From Actinomycetes bacterium (GTDB lineage: Bacteria; Actinomycetota; Actinomycetes; Nanopelagicales; Nanopelagicaceae), in the NCBI GenBank assembly GCA_037142435.1, contig JBAXAO010000002.1:730-64729 (forward strand): 64,000 bases of DNA, written 5' to 3'. Position numbers and translations under genes: made by a program. How positions within the stretch are numbered: the first letter of the stretch is position 1; each line of letters starts with the position of its first letter. The notes under the pieces were generated by a model. It had not been told where the DNA came from. It was given only the letters and a program-made list of their open reading frames with translations, and did no database searches. This document shows, one piece after another, positions 28,434 to 38,599 of this stretch.

Positions 28434-29108
28434 GTGCTTTCAGATCTTCGCGCATTGTCGAGTCTTATATTTCCGATCTCATGCATTGGATGCGGTCAAC
28501 CTCAAAGTGACATCTGCCCACGGTGCGCGGTGCTCTGGAAAGTGCAACCAATAGTTTCGACTCTAGATTCGATCCCTATTTCTTTCACCGCTCGATATCA
28601 ACCTATAGTCCAGCGCTTTATATTGGCTGCCAAAGAACAAGGCTCCACGGTGGCGCGAGATGCGTTGGCGCAATCCATGGCACGTTCCCTTCGGGTGCTT
28701 ATGGCCAAGGTTCAGGTTGAAAAGGTGTTACTCGTCCCCATCCCTTCCCATCGTGCGGCTATTCGCTCTCGCGGCCGGGACCATGCCCGACTTCTCTCCC
28801 AGGCGGTCTCCGAGCGATTCGGCTCGGAGGTCGGTCTGGCTCCGGCCCTTCGTGTTAATCGCCGCGTCGTCGACCAAACCGGTTTGAGCCACGAGCAACG
28901 CGCAGCCAACCTAGCTGGGGCATTTACAGCCGATTCACAGTTGATCAGAGGGAAAGTCGAGGTGGCACTGGTTATGGTGGATGATGTGATTACCAGCGGC
29001 TCCAGCCTTCGAGAAGGGGCGAGAGCCCTTACCAGCGCCGGTTGCCCGCCTATCGCCGCCATCGCCGCATGTGCGAGTGCTCGTTTTTTGCCAATACGAT
29101 TGCCCTAG
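28434..29108 (+). CDS. ComF-family phosphoribosyltransferase-like protein
   Basis: N-terminal Cys-rich CIGCG...CPRC and C-terminal PRPP loop [12 protein letters not shown]. Position corresponds to Rv3242c. Confidence 0.8.
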   Translation: MLSDLRALSSLIFPISCIGCGQPQSDICPRCAVLWKVQPIVSTLDSIPISFTARYQPIVQRFILAAKEQGSTVARDALAQSMARSLRVLMAKVQVEKVLLVPIPSHRAAIRSRGRDHARLLSQAVSERFGSEVGLAPALRVNRRVVDQTGLSHEQRAANLAGAFTADSQLIRGKVEVALVMVDDVITSGSSLREGARALTSAGCPPIAAIAACASARFLPIRLP

Positions 29109-29172
29109 AGAATTACCCCTATTGACGACTAGCCCCATCCCGGGCTGGTTCGAAGCTTACGAAAGAGGATTT

Positions 29173-31854
29173 GTGGTCGCGTTACTAGACAAGGTGTTAC
29201 GTGCTGGCGAAGGCCGGGCAATTCGCAATCTCGAGAAGATTGCCGTCGCAGTCAACGCTCAGGAAGCCAAGATTTCTGCCCTCTCCGATGAGGATCTGCG
29301 GGGTATGACCGAAACTTTCCGCGCTCGCCTTGACGCTGGCGAAACCCTCGACGATCTGCTTCCCGAAGCTTTTGCCTGCGTTCGCGAGGCTGCCAAGCGC
29401 ACCTTGGGCCAACGCCACTATGACGTGCAGATTATGGGGGGAGCCGCTCTCCATCAGGGAAATATCGCAGAAATGCGAACTGGTGAAGGAAAGACTTTGG
29501 TCGCTACTTTGCCTTCATATCTCAATGCCCTTAGCGGTAAAGGTGTGCACGTTGTCACCGTTAACGATTATCTAGCCGAGCGCGATAGCGAATGGATGGG
29601 TCGTATCCATCGATTCTTGGGTCTCAAAGTCGGTGTCATTCTCTCCAACATGTCGCCGATCGAACGACGCGAGGCGTATGCCGCAGATATCACTTACGGC
29701 ACCAACAATGAATTTGGTTTTGATTACCTGCGCGACAACATGGCGTGGACTCTCGAGGATTGCGTGCAGCGCGTTCACAACTTTGCTGTTGTTGATGAAG
29801 TTGACTCCATCTTGATTGACGAAGCACGTACGCCATTGATCATCAGCGGTCCGGCCGATAAGGCCACCAAGTGGTACCTTGAATTTGCCAACATTGCTGG
29901 CAAACTCGATCGCGATGTTCATTATGAAGTCGATGAGAAGAAGCGCACCGTAGGCATTTTGGAAGATGGTGTCACCAAGGTCGAAGAATTACTTGGCATT
30001 GAAAACTTGTACGAATCTGTCAATACTCCAATGATCGGCTATCTCAACAATGCCGTACGTGCCAAGGAACTTTTCAAGCGCGATAAAGATTATGTAGTCA
30101 TGAGCGGGGAACTCTTGATCGTCGACGAGCACACTGGTCGTATCTTGGCCGGGCGTCGATACAACGAAGGTCTTCACCAAGCGTTAGAAGCCAAAGAGCG
30201 CGTCGAGATTAAAGATGAAAACCAAACCTTGGCCACCATTACGCTGCAGAACTACTTCCGTCTCTACAAGCGGCTTTCAGGCATGACCGGTACTGCCATG
30301 ACCGAGGCCGCCGAATTAATGCAGATTTACAAACTAGGCGTTATTCCAATCCCCACCAACAAGCCCATGCAACGTGAAGATAAATCCGACTTAATTTACA
30401 AATCCGAAGCCGGAAAGTTCATCGCAGTAGCCGATGACATTGCCGAACGCCATCGCAAAGGACAACCTGTTCTCGTTGGTACTGTCAGCGTCGAAAAATC
30501 TGAAGAATTGGCGCACTTGCTTACCAAGCGCGGTATTCCGCATGAAGTCCTTAATGCAAAGCAACACGAGCGCGAAGCTGCGATTATCGCGCGCGCCGGT
30601 TCTATCGGAGCTGTAACCGTTGCAACAAATATGGCCGGTCGTGGTACCGACATCATGCTGGGCGGCAACCCCGAATTTATGACTGACTTCGAACTCCAAC
30701 GTCGTGGGCTTAATCCTGTAGATACTCCCGAGGACTACGAAGCAGCCTGGGCTCCCGAACTTGCCAAGCAAAAAGCGGCCGTTGCGCGCGAGCATGAAGA
30801 AGTTGTTGCGCTTGGTGGTCTCTATGTTCTAGGAACCGAGCGCCACGAATCTCGACGTATCGATAACCAGTTGCGTGGACGATCTGGTCGCCAAGGCGAT
30901 CCCGGTGAATCCCGTTTCTATCTTTCGCTACAAGACGATCTCATGCGTCGATTCAATTCGGGCATGGTCGAACGCTTCCTCGGTGCTGCCGGAATTCCAG
31001 AGGAAGTACCTCTCGAATCCAAGATCGTTTCCAATGCAATTCGCTCCGCGCAAACCCAAGTTGAATCCCTCAACTTTGAAATGCGTAAGAATGTTTTGAA
31101 GTACGACGACGTCATGAACCGTCAGCGCGAAGTTGTCTATCGTGAGCGCCGCGAAGTACTTGAAGGCGCAGATATCAAAGATCAGGTTCAGATCTTCATG
31201 ACCGACACTCTGACCGCGTACGTTCAGGCCGCTACTGCTGAAGGTTATGCCGAAGATTGGGACCTAGAGACTCTCTGGACGGCTCTGCGCGCTCTTTATC
31301 CCATTAGTTTGAGCATCGAAAGCGTCCTGCAAGAAGTTGGTGGCGCTGAAGGTCTTGATCAAGATTTCCTTCTGCATAAGGTCTTGGAAGATGCCCAGAA
31401 CGCCTATAACTCTCGGGAAGATGGACTTACCCCAGATGTTATGCGTGAACTCGAGCGCAAAGTATTGCTCTCTGTTCTCGACCGTAAATGGCGCGAGCAC
31501 CTTTACGAGATGGATTATTTACAAGAGGGAATCGGCTTGCGGGCTATGGCTCAGCGCGATCCACTCGTCGAATACCAGCGCGAAGGTTATGACCTCTTCT
31601 CGGCCATGATGGATTCCATCAAGGAGGAGCTCGTTGGTTTTGTTTTCAATGTCGAGGTTCAAGTTGAAGCAGATTCTCACGAAGTTGCCGCGAAGGGCAT
31701 TGAAATTCCCAAGGCCGAAGTTAATCAGCTCCGCTATTCAGCAGCAGATGTTGACGGTGAAGTAAAACAAACCGGCGGCACTAGCCGAAATGCACCATGT
31801 CCATGTGGCTCTGGCCGCAAGTACAAGCGTTGCCACGGAGCAGCTAACTCCTAA
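29173..31854 (+). CDS. secA: preprotein translocase ATPase SecA
   Basis: [13 protein letters not shown]-terminus, [11 protein letters not shown] Walker A, C-terminal zinc finger [17 protein letters not shown] 29173 preceded by GAAAGAGGA is preferred to the tracked 29071. Confidence 0.95.
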   Translation: MVALLDKVLRAGEGRAIRNLEKIAVAVNAQEAKISALSDEDLRGMTETFRARLDAGETLDDLLPEAFACVREAAKRTLGQRHYDVQIMGGAALHQGNIAEMRTGEGKTLVATLPSYLNALSGKGVHVVTVNDYLAERDSEWMGRIHRFLGLKVGVILSNMSPIERREAYAADITYGTNNEFGFDYLRDNMAWTLEDCVQRVHNFAVVDEVDSILIDEARTPLIISGPADKATKWYLEFANIAGKLDRDVHYEVDEKKRTVGILEDGVTKVEELLGIENLYESVNTPMIGYLNNAVRAKELFKRDKDYVVMSGELLIVDEHTGRILAGRRYNEGLHQALEAKERVEIKDENQTLATITLQNYFRLYKRLSGMTGTAMTEAAELMQIYKLGVIPIPTNKPMQREDKSDLIYKSEAGKFIAVADDIAERHRKGQPVLVGTVSVEKSEELAHLLTKRGIPHEVLNAKQHEREAAIIARAGSIGAVTVATNMAGRGTDIMLGGNPEFMTDFELQRRGLNPVDTPEDYEAAWAPELAKQKAAVAREHEEVVALGGLYVLGTERHESRRIDNQLRGRSGRQGDPGESRFYLSLQDDLMRRFNSGMVERFLGAAGIPEEVPLESKIVSNAIRSAQTQVESLNFEMRKNVLKYDDVMNRQREVVYRERREVLEGADIKDQVQIFMTDTLTAYVQAATAEGYAEDWDLETLWTALRALYPISLSIESVLQEVGGAEGLDQDFLLHKVLEDAQNAYNSREDGLTPDVMRELERKVLLSVLDRKWREHLYEMDYLQEGIGLRAMAQRDPLVEYQREGYDLFSAMMDSIKEELVGFVFNVEVQVEADSHEVAAKGIEIPKAEVNQLRYSAADVDGEVKQTGGTSRNAPCPCGSGRKYKRCHGAANS

Positions 31855-32429
31855 AGCAGGATCATCTCGGTACACAGCCACCGCTTGTCGACGCCTTCAA
31901 ATCGTAGGGCAAGTGAACGCACTCGCTCATTGATGCGCAAGGTGACCGTTGATTCGCAGACGCCATCGATGGGCTCGGAGAGGTAGATCTTGCGCACTCG
32001 CGGGATCTCTTTCATGCTTCCAGATTTACGCACTAGCTGGGCGTGCACGCTGCGATGGCACCACCGCGCTAACTGCATGGGATGTCTACGTCCGCCCCAG
32101 ATTTCAACTATAGAAATAACAAAGCGCTCGACCCATTCTTCAAGTTGAGGTAATTCCGAGGCAGAGCTGGGCTGCGGTGCAAAGTCTCGATCATCGCTCT
32201 CTCCTGCATATGTGTTTGGAGTAGGAACTAAGTAAAGTTTTTTAGGGATCGTTTGTGGTGCGCGTTCGATCTCTTCGGAGAGGTAAAGAGCTAAAGCTGG
32301 ATGGCTCCACAGCCCAGGGTCAAAAGGACGATCGGAACCGGCTTGTGGCCAAGTAACCGTTGTGGCCCGTACTTCGGAATCGCTATTCATGCTCTTACTC
32401 AACCGAAGGCGCTGGGCTAGCACCTCCAC
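31851..32429 (-). CDS. Rv3235-like conserved actinobacterial protein
   Basis: The segment [26 protein letters not shown] resembles the family recalled next to secA. Function unknown. Confidence 0.5.
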   Translation of the reverse strand: MEVLAQRLRLSKSMNSDSEVRATTVTWPQAGSDRPFDPGLWSHPALALYLSEEIERAPQTIPKKLYLVPTPNTYAGESDDRDFAPQPSSASELPQLEEWVERFVISIVEIWGGRRHPMQLARWCHRSVHAQLVRKSGSMKEIPRVRKIYLSEPIDGVCESTVTLRINERVRSLALRFEGVDKRWLCTEMILL

Positions 32430-32506
32430 CGAACGGATGAATTATTTCGATGGCCCGATTACCGTAAGTAACCCATGTGGAAAGCGGTCGAACTCATTAG
32501 CCGCTC

Positions 32507-33127
32507 TTGACCTATGAATGGCACATGGTTGATATCAAGAACGTCATTCTCGGCTCTCCACGGACTCGCTTAGCTGCAGTGCTCATCGCCCTCTCACTTC
32601 TCGCCGCGATTGCTATAAGCAGCGCCGCAAATCGGGCAACGTGGGTCTGGTCGGCTGCTCGTGACTTATCGGCAGGTCACACCATCGCTGCCACGGATCT
32701 CAAAGCAGTGAAGGTAAATCTCTATGATTCGGGCGGAAAATACTTATCCTCTGGTTCACCGGTGCTGGGCTGGCACCTCACCCGCTCGATTCAGATGGGC
32801 GAACTCATCCCCGGCGTCGCACTCTCCCGCCAAGGAGCCACTGTGACAACGCAGAGCCTTCCGCTACGAGTCAGTCGCCCAGATATGCCGATTGATCTGG
32901 CACCTGGGCAGCGAGTAGATCTTTATGCACTTTCTCCCACCACAGCACAGGCCACCTTTGACCCACTACTAGCTTTTGCTAATGCAACCATTGAATCAGT
33001 AGATCAGAAATCAAAGGATCTGGGCGGCGATATTGGAATCGTCGTTGCAATACCTAAAAGTGCGATGTTACAAGTTGTAGGTGCCATAGCTAGCGCCAGA
33101 GTATTGGTGGTTCGCAATGCCTTCTGA
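32507..33127 (+). CDS. SAF-domain protein (CpaB/RcpC-like)
   Basis: N-terminal TM (LAAVLIALSLLAAIAISS), then SAF-like ARDLSAGHTIAATDL and a beta-rich C-terminus. The start may be ATG 32525. Confidence 0.65.
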   Translation: MTYEWHMVDIKNVILGSPRTRLAAVLIALSLLAAIAISSAANRATWVWSAARDLSAGHTIAATDLKAVKVNLYDSGGKYLSSGSPVLGWHLTRSIQMGELIPGVALSRQGATVTTQSLPLRVSRPDMPIDLAPGQRVDLYALSPTTAQATFDPLLAFANATIESVDQKSKDLGGDIGIVVAIPKSAMLQVVGAIASARVLVVRNAF

Positions 33128-34154
33128 AATTCCTCAACTCGAAGTGATTACGGCAATAGCTGAAGTTGAAACTGAAGACTTCATCGCACAACTGCTCTTC
33201 TCGCAAGGCTGGAACATCATTCATAGGGCGATCGACTTTTCTGGTCTGCTCGTTGCATTAGAAAATCGGCATAGCCTCTTGCGCACCGTGGTTATCTATA
33301 GTTCTGATCTGCCGAATTTAGATTCAGTACAACTTGCCGAAATCGAAAGTCGATCCTCAGCTTTTTCCATTATTTGTATCGATGGAGTGAATATCAACTC
33401 TCACGCCGTGATGACGCATATTCGGGGCAAGTTGCGGTTGCCCTTAATCTATCAAAACCAAGCTCCTACGAAATCAGATAATTTGCCAGTCGCGGCGCCT
33501 AAAAAACAAAAGCTCATCACCGTAACCGGAACCGCTGGCTCGCCCGGTCGCAGCCACCTGACTCTTTTATTGGCCGGATATTTCTCTTGGCGAACACATG
33601 TACATGTCATTGATGCCGACCTCAGATCTCCTTCGCTGGCATACATGGCAGGTACCCGTCCAAAGTCGAATGAAAGATTTACGTTATCGACGTTGCAGAT
33701 AGAAAATAAACCTTCGGAATTACCAACGAGCGAAATGAAAGATTTAACTTTTATTGATATCGGAGCCTTACCTTCTCTTCGAGAAGTGGTAACTGACCGC
33801 AGATGGCATGCTGCGTTCATCAACACCGTTTTGGAACAGACTTCTTCACTTATTTACATTACAAAGAGTTCAGGTTTAGGTTTACTCCGGCTAGAAAATT
33901 TCATCGCCGAATTTCCAATTTTGTTACGAAAGATTCCCATACTTTATGTTCTTAATCAGAGAACCAGTTCTCGTGAGGATCGGGCTATCGAGGCACGTTT
34001 CAACAGTCTCACATCGGGGGAGGCCGCCTTTGTCCTACCTCAGGATCCCAGACCCATTCAGCCCTCCGCCCCCCGTACCAAGGGCCTGGATCTATTTTCC
34101 GGAAGTTCCAAGCTCGCTAAGGAGATTGATAAGATCGCACAATCGATCGCCTAA
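33117..34154 (+). CDS. CpaE-like protein: receiver-like N-domain plus ParA-fold domain with degenerate P-loop
   Basis: ITVTGTAGSPGRSHLTL occupies the place of the xKGGxGKT P-loop. VIDADLRSPS and TFIDIG correspond to ParA-fold switch/Walker B positions. It overlaps the SAF gene by 11 nt. Confidence 0.6.
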   Translation: MPSEIPQLEVITAIAEVETEDFIAQLLFSQGWNIIHRAIDFSGLLVALENRHSLLRTVVIYSSDLPNLDSVQLAEIESRSSAFSIICIDGVNINSHAVMTHIRGKLRLPLIYQNQAPTKSDNLPVAAPKKQKLITVTGTAGSPGRSHLTLLLAGYFSWRTHVHVIDADLRSPSLAYMAGTRPKSNERFTLSTLQIENKPSELPTSEMKDLTFIDIGALPSLREVVTDRRWHAAFINTVLEQTSSLIYITKSSGLGLLRLENFIAEFPILLRKIPILYVLNQRTSSREDRAIEARFNSLTSGEAAFVLPQDPRPIQPSAPRTKGLDLFSGSSKLAKEIDKIAQSIA

Positions 34155-34187
34155 GCAATGGCTTTGATGCGGCAGGAGAGGGATGCA

Positions 34188-35654
34188 ATGACATCGCGTG
34201 AAGACCTGCTGGCCGCGCAGACCGCCCTGTCTCCTGCAGATCGTGAACGACTTTCTGAACTTATTGCCGAATGGCAGATGCTGGCCGACCTTTCCTTTGC
34301 CGACCTGATCCTTTGGGTACCTAAACGGCGCGATTACCAAACCTGGCCCGAAGGCCACGTGGCGTTGGCACATATCAGACCTACGACCGCAGCCACTGTT
34401 TTTACCCACGATGTAATTGGTTCCGAGCTCATGTGGGGCCGCAATCCACGTATCGATCAAGCGCTATCACAAGGGGAAATCGTCCGCGATACCCAACCCG
34501 AAGTCATAGGCGATCTCTTGATCAAGGAAGAGACCATTCCGGTGCTATTTGATGGTCGAATCATTGCTGTGATATCGCGCCATCGCGACGCCGTACAGAT
34601 GAGATCGGCTTCCAGGCTTGAAATCAACTATCGCGAGATCGCTCACAATATTTATCGCATGGTTGCCGAAGGAAACTTTCCGGTTCATAACGGTATTTAT
34701 CGTGCCGAATCCGCCCCTCGAGTTGGCGATGGCTTGATCCGCCTCGATGGGGGCGGAAATATCACATACGCCAGCCCCAACGCTCGATCGGCATTCAGTC
34801 AGGTGGGTTGGGAATCCGAACTCGAGAATCACATCTTGGGCGATGTCATCGAATCTCTTTCGCAGAGCTCGCATCAACCTACAGATGAGCCATGGCGCAT
34901 CATTGTCAGCGGCGAACAATTACGTCGTGCTGATTTTGAAAACACCCGGGGAATTATGGATTTGTTGGTGATTCCGCTGACGCAAGGCCCTGATCGAATT
35001 GGCGCCATAGTGCTCCTGCACAATGTGACCGAACTTCGCAGGCGCGACCAAGCCTTGGTGACAAAAGATGCCACCATTCGCGAAATTCACCACCGAGTTA
35101 AAAATAATTTGCAGACTGTTTCTGCCTTGTTGCGATTGCAGTCACGGCGTGTAGAAGATCCCATTGCCAGCGCTGCCTTAGCCGAAGCAATCAGACGAGT
35201 CGCATCTATCGCGATCGTTCATGAAACTCTCTCCACCAGTTCCACCGAGACGGTGCAATTCGATGAAGTTTATGATCGTATTGTTCATAATGCGATTGAA
35301 CTTAGTTCTCGCCCCATCACCTTGGCCAAGAATGGATCCTTCGGAATCTTTCCTGCCCAAATTGCAACGCCGCTTGCATTGGTGATCACCGAATTAATTC
35401 ATAACTCACTCGAACATGGATTGGCCGAAACCGGAGATGCGCTTCGCGCCGAAATTGTGCGCACCGGGGAGTCGTGTTCGATATCCATCATTGATGATGG
35501 CGAAGGCTTGCCCGAGGATTTCGAATGGGAGCAATCTTCGAATTTAGGTTTGCGAATTGTTCGGACTCTTACCGAGAACGAACTAAAGGGCACTATTGCT
35601 TTGAAGCGAGAATCCGGCCAAACCTGGGCGATATTAAATTTCCCAGTGAAGTAG
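34188..35654 (+). CDS. pdtaS: sensor histidine kinase PdtaS (GAF/PAS + HisKA_2 + HATPase)
   Basis: Collinear with recalled Rv3220c (AEWQMLADLSFADLILWVP, SKDATIREIHHRVKNNLQTVSALLRLQ). ATG 34188 with GGAGAGGGA upstream matches the M. tuberculosis N-terminus. Confidence 0.9.
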   Translation: MTSREDLLAAQTALSPADRERLSELIAEWQMLADLSFADLILWVPKRRDYQTWPEGHVALAHIRPTTAATVFTHDVIGSELMWGRNPRIDQALSQGEIVRDTQPEVIGDLLIKEETIPVLFDGRIIAVISRHRDAVQMRSASRLEINYREIAHNIYRMVAEGNFPVHNGIYRAESAPRVGDGLIRLDGGGNITYASPNARSAFSQVGWESELENHILGDVIESLSQSSHQPTDEPWRIIVSGEQLRRADFENTRGIMDLLVIPLTQGPDRIGAIVLLHNVTELRRRDQALVTKDATIREIHHRVKNNLQTVSALLRLQSRRVEDPIASAALAEAIRRVASIAIVHETLSTSSTETVQFDEVYDRIVHNAIELSSRPITLAKNGSFGIFPAQIATPLALVITELIHNSLEHGLAETGDALRAEIVRTGESCSISIIDDGEGLPEDFEWEQSSNLGLRIVRTLTENELKGTIALKRESGQTWAILNFPVK

Positions 35655-35656
35655 AG

Positions 35657-35926
35657 CTAGAAGCTGTTCTGGCTCTCCATCATGCGAGCGCGGTTACGAG
35701 CAGCGCGGCGCTTGAGAGCACGGCGTTCATCTTCAGAGAGACCGCCCCAGACGCCAGCATCTTGACCGCTCTCTAGAGCCCAGGCGAGGCAGGCCTCTTT
35801 TACCGAACAGCGTTGGCAAACTTTCTTTGCCTCTTCGATTTGGGCCAGGGCAGGACCGGTATTTCCGATCGGAAAGAAGAGCTCGGGATCTTCATCCCGG
35901 CAGGCCGCGTCGTGTCGCCAGTCCAT
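35657..35926 (-). CDS. whiB1: WhiB-family Fe-S transcription factor WhiB1
   Basis: MDWRHDAACRDEDPELFFPIGNTGPALAQIEEAKKVCQRCSVKEACLAWAL...GVWGG is almost identical in pattern to recalled Rv3219. The start is set at MDWRH. Confidence 0.9.
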   Translation of the reverse strand: MDWRHDAACRDEDPELFFPIGNTGPALAQIEEAKKVCQRCSVKEACLAWALESGQDAGVWGGLSEDERRALKRRAARNRARMMESQNSF

Positions 35927-36113
35927 AGTGCGCGCTTCTCCTCGATTAATCTTCAGTGGGTAACTAGATGAGACAATAGGTGATAAATAGGACATAAGCC
36001 TCGAAAGATCGAGCGCTTAAGCGCTTATTCTCTCGCGTATCTCTCACGTTAACAAGGACATAGGCTGAGAGATTCCCGCATATTTGGCTTTATCAGTGGG
36101 GTATCCGTCACAG

Positions 36114-36185
36114 TGCCCCCGGCAGGAATCGAACCTGCGCCCCCGCCTCCGGAGGGCGGTGCTCTATCCCCTGAGCTACGGGGGC
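36114..36185 (-). tRNA. tRNA-Arg (anticodon CCG), CCA not encoded
   Basis: The reverse complement folds as GCCCCCG-TA-GCTC-AGGGGATA-GAGC-A-CCGCC-CTCCGGA-GGCGG-GGGC-GCAGG-TTCGATT-CCTGC-CGGGGGC-A. The anticodon loop CU-CCG-GA gives CCG. Confidence 0.9.
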
Positions 36186-36270
36186 CCAAGAAGTTATGGC
36201 GGTAAGGCTATCAGCGTCGCCAGACCTGCTCGCTGAGCCGATTCTGCGGTGAACTGTCACAATACCGACC

Positions 36271-36807
36271 ATGAGTGAGCGGGCATATTTTGCAACGGGT
36301 TGTTTCTGGGGTGCCGAACGTCGTTTTTGGCAGATGGCAGGAGTTGAATCCACTTCGGTTGGCTACATGGGCGGAGCCCGTCCCAACCCTAGTTACGAGC
36401 AGGTCTGCACTGGTGTCACCGGTCATGCCGAGGCGGTTGAAGTTGTATTCGATCCAGCGCTCGTGAGCTATCAGCGGTTGCTGGAAGAGTTCTGGACCAT
36501 GCACGATCCGACCTCGCTCAATAAGCAAGGTGGCGATATTGGGACTCAATACCGAAGCGCAATCTTCGCAACGACTTCCGAGCAGTTGTTAACAGCAATT
36601 AACTCCAAGGATATTTACGAAGATGTACTGCTGCAGAATGGTCTCGATCCAATTTGCACCGAAATTCAAGAGGCCGAAGGTCATACCTATTGGCCAGCCG
36701 AGGAGTACCACCAGAAATACTTGGCCAAGAACCCAAATGGCTACGACTGTCATTCCTCTACCGGAATTGCATTTCCCATTATCGAATCTTCGGCAGGAGC
36801 AAACTGA
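36271..36807 (+). CDS. msrA: peptide-methionine (S)-S-oxide reductase MsrA
   Basis: FATGCFWGAE active-site motif, 178 aa. Confidence 0.95.
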   Translation: MSERAYFATGCFWGAERRFWQMAGVESTSVGYMGGARPNPSYEQVCTGVTGHAEAVEVVFDPALVSYQRLLEEFWTMHDPTSLNKQGGDIGTQYRSAIFATTSEQLLTAINSKDIYEDVLLQNGLDPICTEIQEAEGHTYWPAEEYHQKYLAKNPNGYDCHSSTGIAFPIIESSAGAN

Positions 36808-37250
36808 TGAGCGCTGAAGAAATATCACCGCTGCGACCAGATGGTTCGGCATATCCAGTTCAATTAGATGACGCCGCCTTGAAAGAAACTTTAGATCCAC
36901 TTTCATTTGAAGTTTTGCGCAAAGCAGCGACCGAACGCCCTTTCACCGGTGAATATACCGATACCGAGACTGTCGGAATTTATAAATGCAAAGCCTGCGC
37001 CGCCGAACTCTTCAGAAGTGAAACCAAGTTTCATTCGGGTTGTGGTTGGCCATCTTTTTATGCGCCTAAGGCTGACGATGCAGTTGTCCTCATTGAAGAC
37101 AGATCACTTTTCCCACGTGTTCGGACCGAGGTGCGCTGCGCTTCGTGCGGATCGCATCTGGGGCATGTTTTCGAGGGTGAAGGCTACGACGTACCAACCG
37201 ATCAACGTTGGTGCATTAATTCAGTATCGATGTTTTTGGAAGCCAAGTAA
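36807..37250 (+). CDS. msrB: peptide-methionine (R)-S-oxide reductase MsrB
   Basis: Zn CxxC pairs (CKACAAEL, CASCGSHLGHVF), GCGWPSF, and RWCINS as the catalytic Cys context. The ATG overlaps the msrA TGA by 1 nt, and the tracked N-terminal extension is rejected. Confidence 0.9.
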   Translation: MSAEEISPLRPDGSAYPVQLDDAALKETLDPLSFEVLRKAATERPFTGEYTDTETVGIYKCKACAAELFRSETKFHSGCGWPSFYAPKADDAVVLIEDRSLFPRVRTEVRCASCGSHLGHVFEGEGYDVPTDQRWCINSVSMFLEAK

Positions 37251-37255
37251 TTCTC

Positions 37256-37894
37256 CTACCAAGTCGAACTATCGCCCTCCAGCGCTCGCCAGCAGTACCA
37301 AGCCACAATACTTTGATACCCGTTGAACTGATCACCCAGTAAATCAAGCTCTTCCGGCGTAATTTGTTCAGGTAGCTTGTGCAGTTTTTCCCAACCGCGA
37401 CGCACCCCTAAGTCACCTACGGGCCAGAGATCCAAGCGTCCCAAGTGGAACATCAGAAACATTTCAACAGTCCATCTTCCGACGCCCCACAAAGCCGTTA
37501 GCTCTTCAGCGATTTCAGTGTTGCTCATTTTGGGATATTTAGAAAAGTGCAGATCCTTATTGATCGTGGCATCGGTGAGTTCAAGGATGGCGCGGGTTTT
37601 AGCGCCGGATACTCCGGCAGCTCGCAGCTGATCGATCTCCAAAGCCGAAATCGTCTCAGGCGAAATCTTGCCGCCACAGAGAATGCGCACTCGTTCTGAA
37701 ATTGTGGCAGCAGCTTTTGTCGCTAGCTGTTGGGAAAGAATGGATTGCACCAGAGTTTGATAGTGCCCTCGGCCACTTCGCTTTACACCGATATCGCATA
37801 ATGGTGATGTTTTGATAATGCCGGCAAATGCCGGATCAGTTCGCGCAATCCGTTTGACGATCTTGCGCATCTCATCCGTGGAGAGCGCTGGCAT
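37256..37894 (-). CDS. HhH-GPD DNA glycosylase (3-methyladenine glycosylase II/AlkA-like)
   Basis: Helix-hairpin-helix LWGVGRWTVEMFLMF followed by the WPVGDLGVRRG catalytic Asp region. Confidence 0.8.
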   Translation of the reverse strand: MPALSTDEMRKIVKRIARTDPAFAGIIKTSPLCDIGVKRSGRGHYQTLVQSILSQQLATKAAATISERVRILCGGKISPETISALEIDQLRAAGVSGAKTRAILELTDATINKDLHFSKYPKMSNTEIAEELTALWGVGRWTVEMFLMFHLGRLDLWPVGDLGVRRGWEKLHKLPEQITPEELDLLGDQFNGYQSIVAWYCWRALEGDSSTW

Positions 37895-37895
37895 G

Positions 37896-38495
37896 CTATG
37901 CGTTTAATGCAAAGCTGGGATATTCATCGGTTACAAGTAAGAACGCATATCCGATAACGCGATTCCAATATTGCATGATTCCAAGTACCGGACCTGCTGC
38001 CCATTCTGGATATTTATCGGTGGCGACTGTAACGATCCAAGCAAAAACAGTGACCACGAGGGCATAGATCGAATAAACGAAACCGACAATGTATAGGGGA
38101 ATGGCAATGAACCATTTATAGAGAGGCGCAAACTGATTGAGGTTTTTGCCGCCTTCGATATCGGGCAAAATTACGGCGACATTGGGATTGGCCTCGATAG
38201 AGGGATATTCGTCGGTTAAAAGAAAGAGGTAAGCAAAGACACGAGCCGAAAGTTCCATTAGTGCGTGGTTGAAAGTCAGCAAGTAGCTGGGGTAATGGCG
38301 ACGAACCAAAATACCTAAAAAGGCAGGAGCCACGATCAAAGAGCTGGCTAGGAAAGTGCTGCGGTTATTTCCCCATCCGTTGGTAAATGCCGATAGAAAG
38401 ACCAAGGCTGGGAAAACCAATATTCCCCGGAATAAGACCGTCACGCGGTCGCGAGGACCTCTATTTACGTCAATCAGGGTCTGTACTTGTGCCAT
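37896..38495 (-). CDS. DUF4389-like membrane protein (two internal repeats)
   Basis: The repeated segment ...FAYLFLLTDEYPSI / ...YAFLLVTDEYPSF occurs twice, with 4 or more TM helices. Confidence 0.6.
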   Translation of the reverse strand: MAQVQTLIDVNRGPRDRVTVLFRGILVFPALVFLSAFTNGWGNNRSTFLASSLIVAPAFLGILVRRHYPSYLLTFNHALMELSARVFAYLFLLTDEYPSIEANPNVAVILPDIEGGKNLNQFAPLYKWFIAIPLYIVGFVYSIYALVVTVFAWIVTVATDKYPEWAAGPVLGIMQYWNRVIGYAFLLVTDEYPSFALNA

Positions 38496-38599
38496 TTGAG
38501 TGCTCCTTTAGGGGGACTTGAGTCTGGGCTGAGCAATAGGTCTGGGTAAGGTATTTTTGCCAATGATATTGGTGAAAGGCGTTCTAGAGGAGTGAATTC

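Noticed and set aside
29071-29172. N-terminal extensions suggested by the ORF track for secA (29071), SulP (45352), msrB (36654), moeZ (10799), whiB1 (35995) and the basic secreted protein (53236).
   Set aside because: The conserved protein N-termini begin further downstream, at starts with Shine-Dalgarno-like sequences or stop-start coupling. The extensions would overlap neighbouring genes or promoters.
35927-36270. tRNA-Arg as an integration hotspot with a mobile element; more generally, any prophage, IS, CRISPR or defence island in the window.
   Set aside because: There is no integrase, transposase, repeat-spacer array or duplicated tRNA 3' end. The tRNA is flanked by core genes (whiB1, msrA).
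38496-38599. Possible yybP-ykoY (Mn2+) riboswitch upstream of the TerC-family gene, a common association.
   Set aside because: The spacer lacks the conserved GGGGAGUAG and UUGACA/AGAGAG-type loop sequences I recall for this class. I see only a GGGGGACUUG run, a short CCAAT/ATTGG hairpin and a GTCTGGG direct repeat. A covariance-model (Rfam RF00080) scan would settle it.
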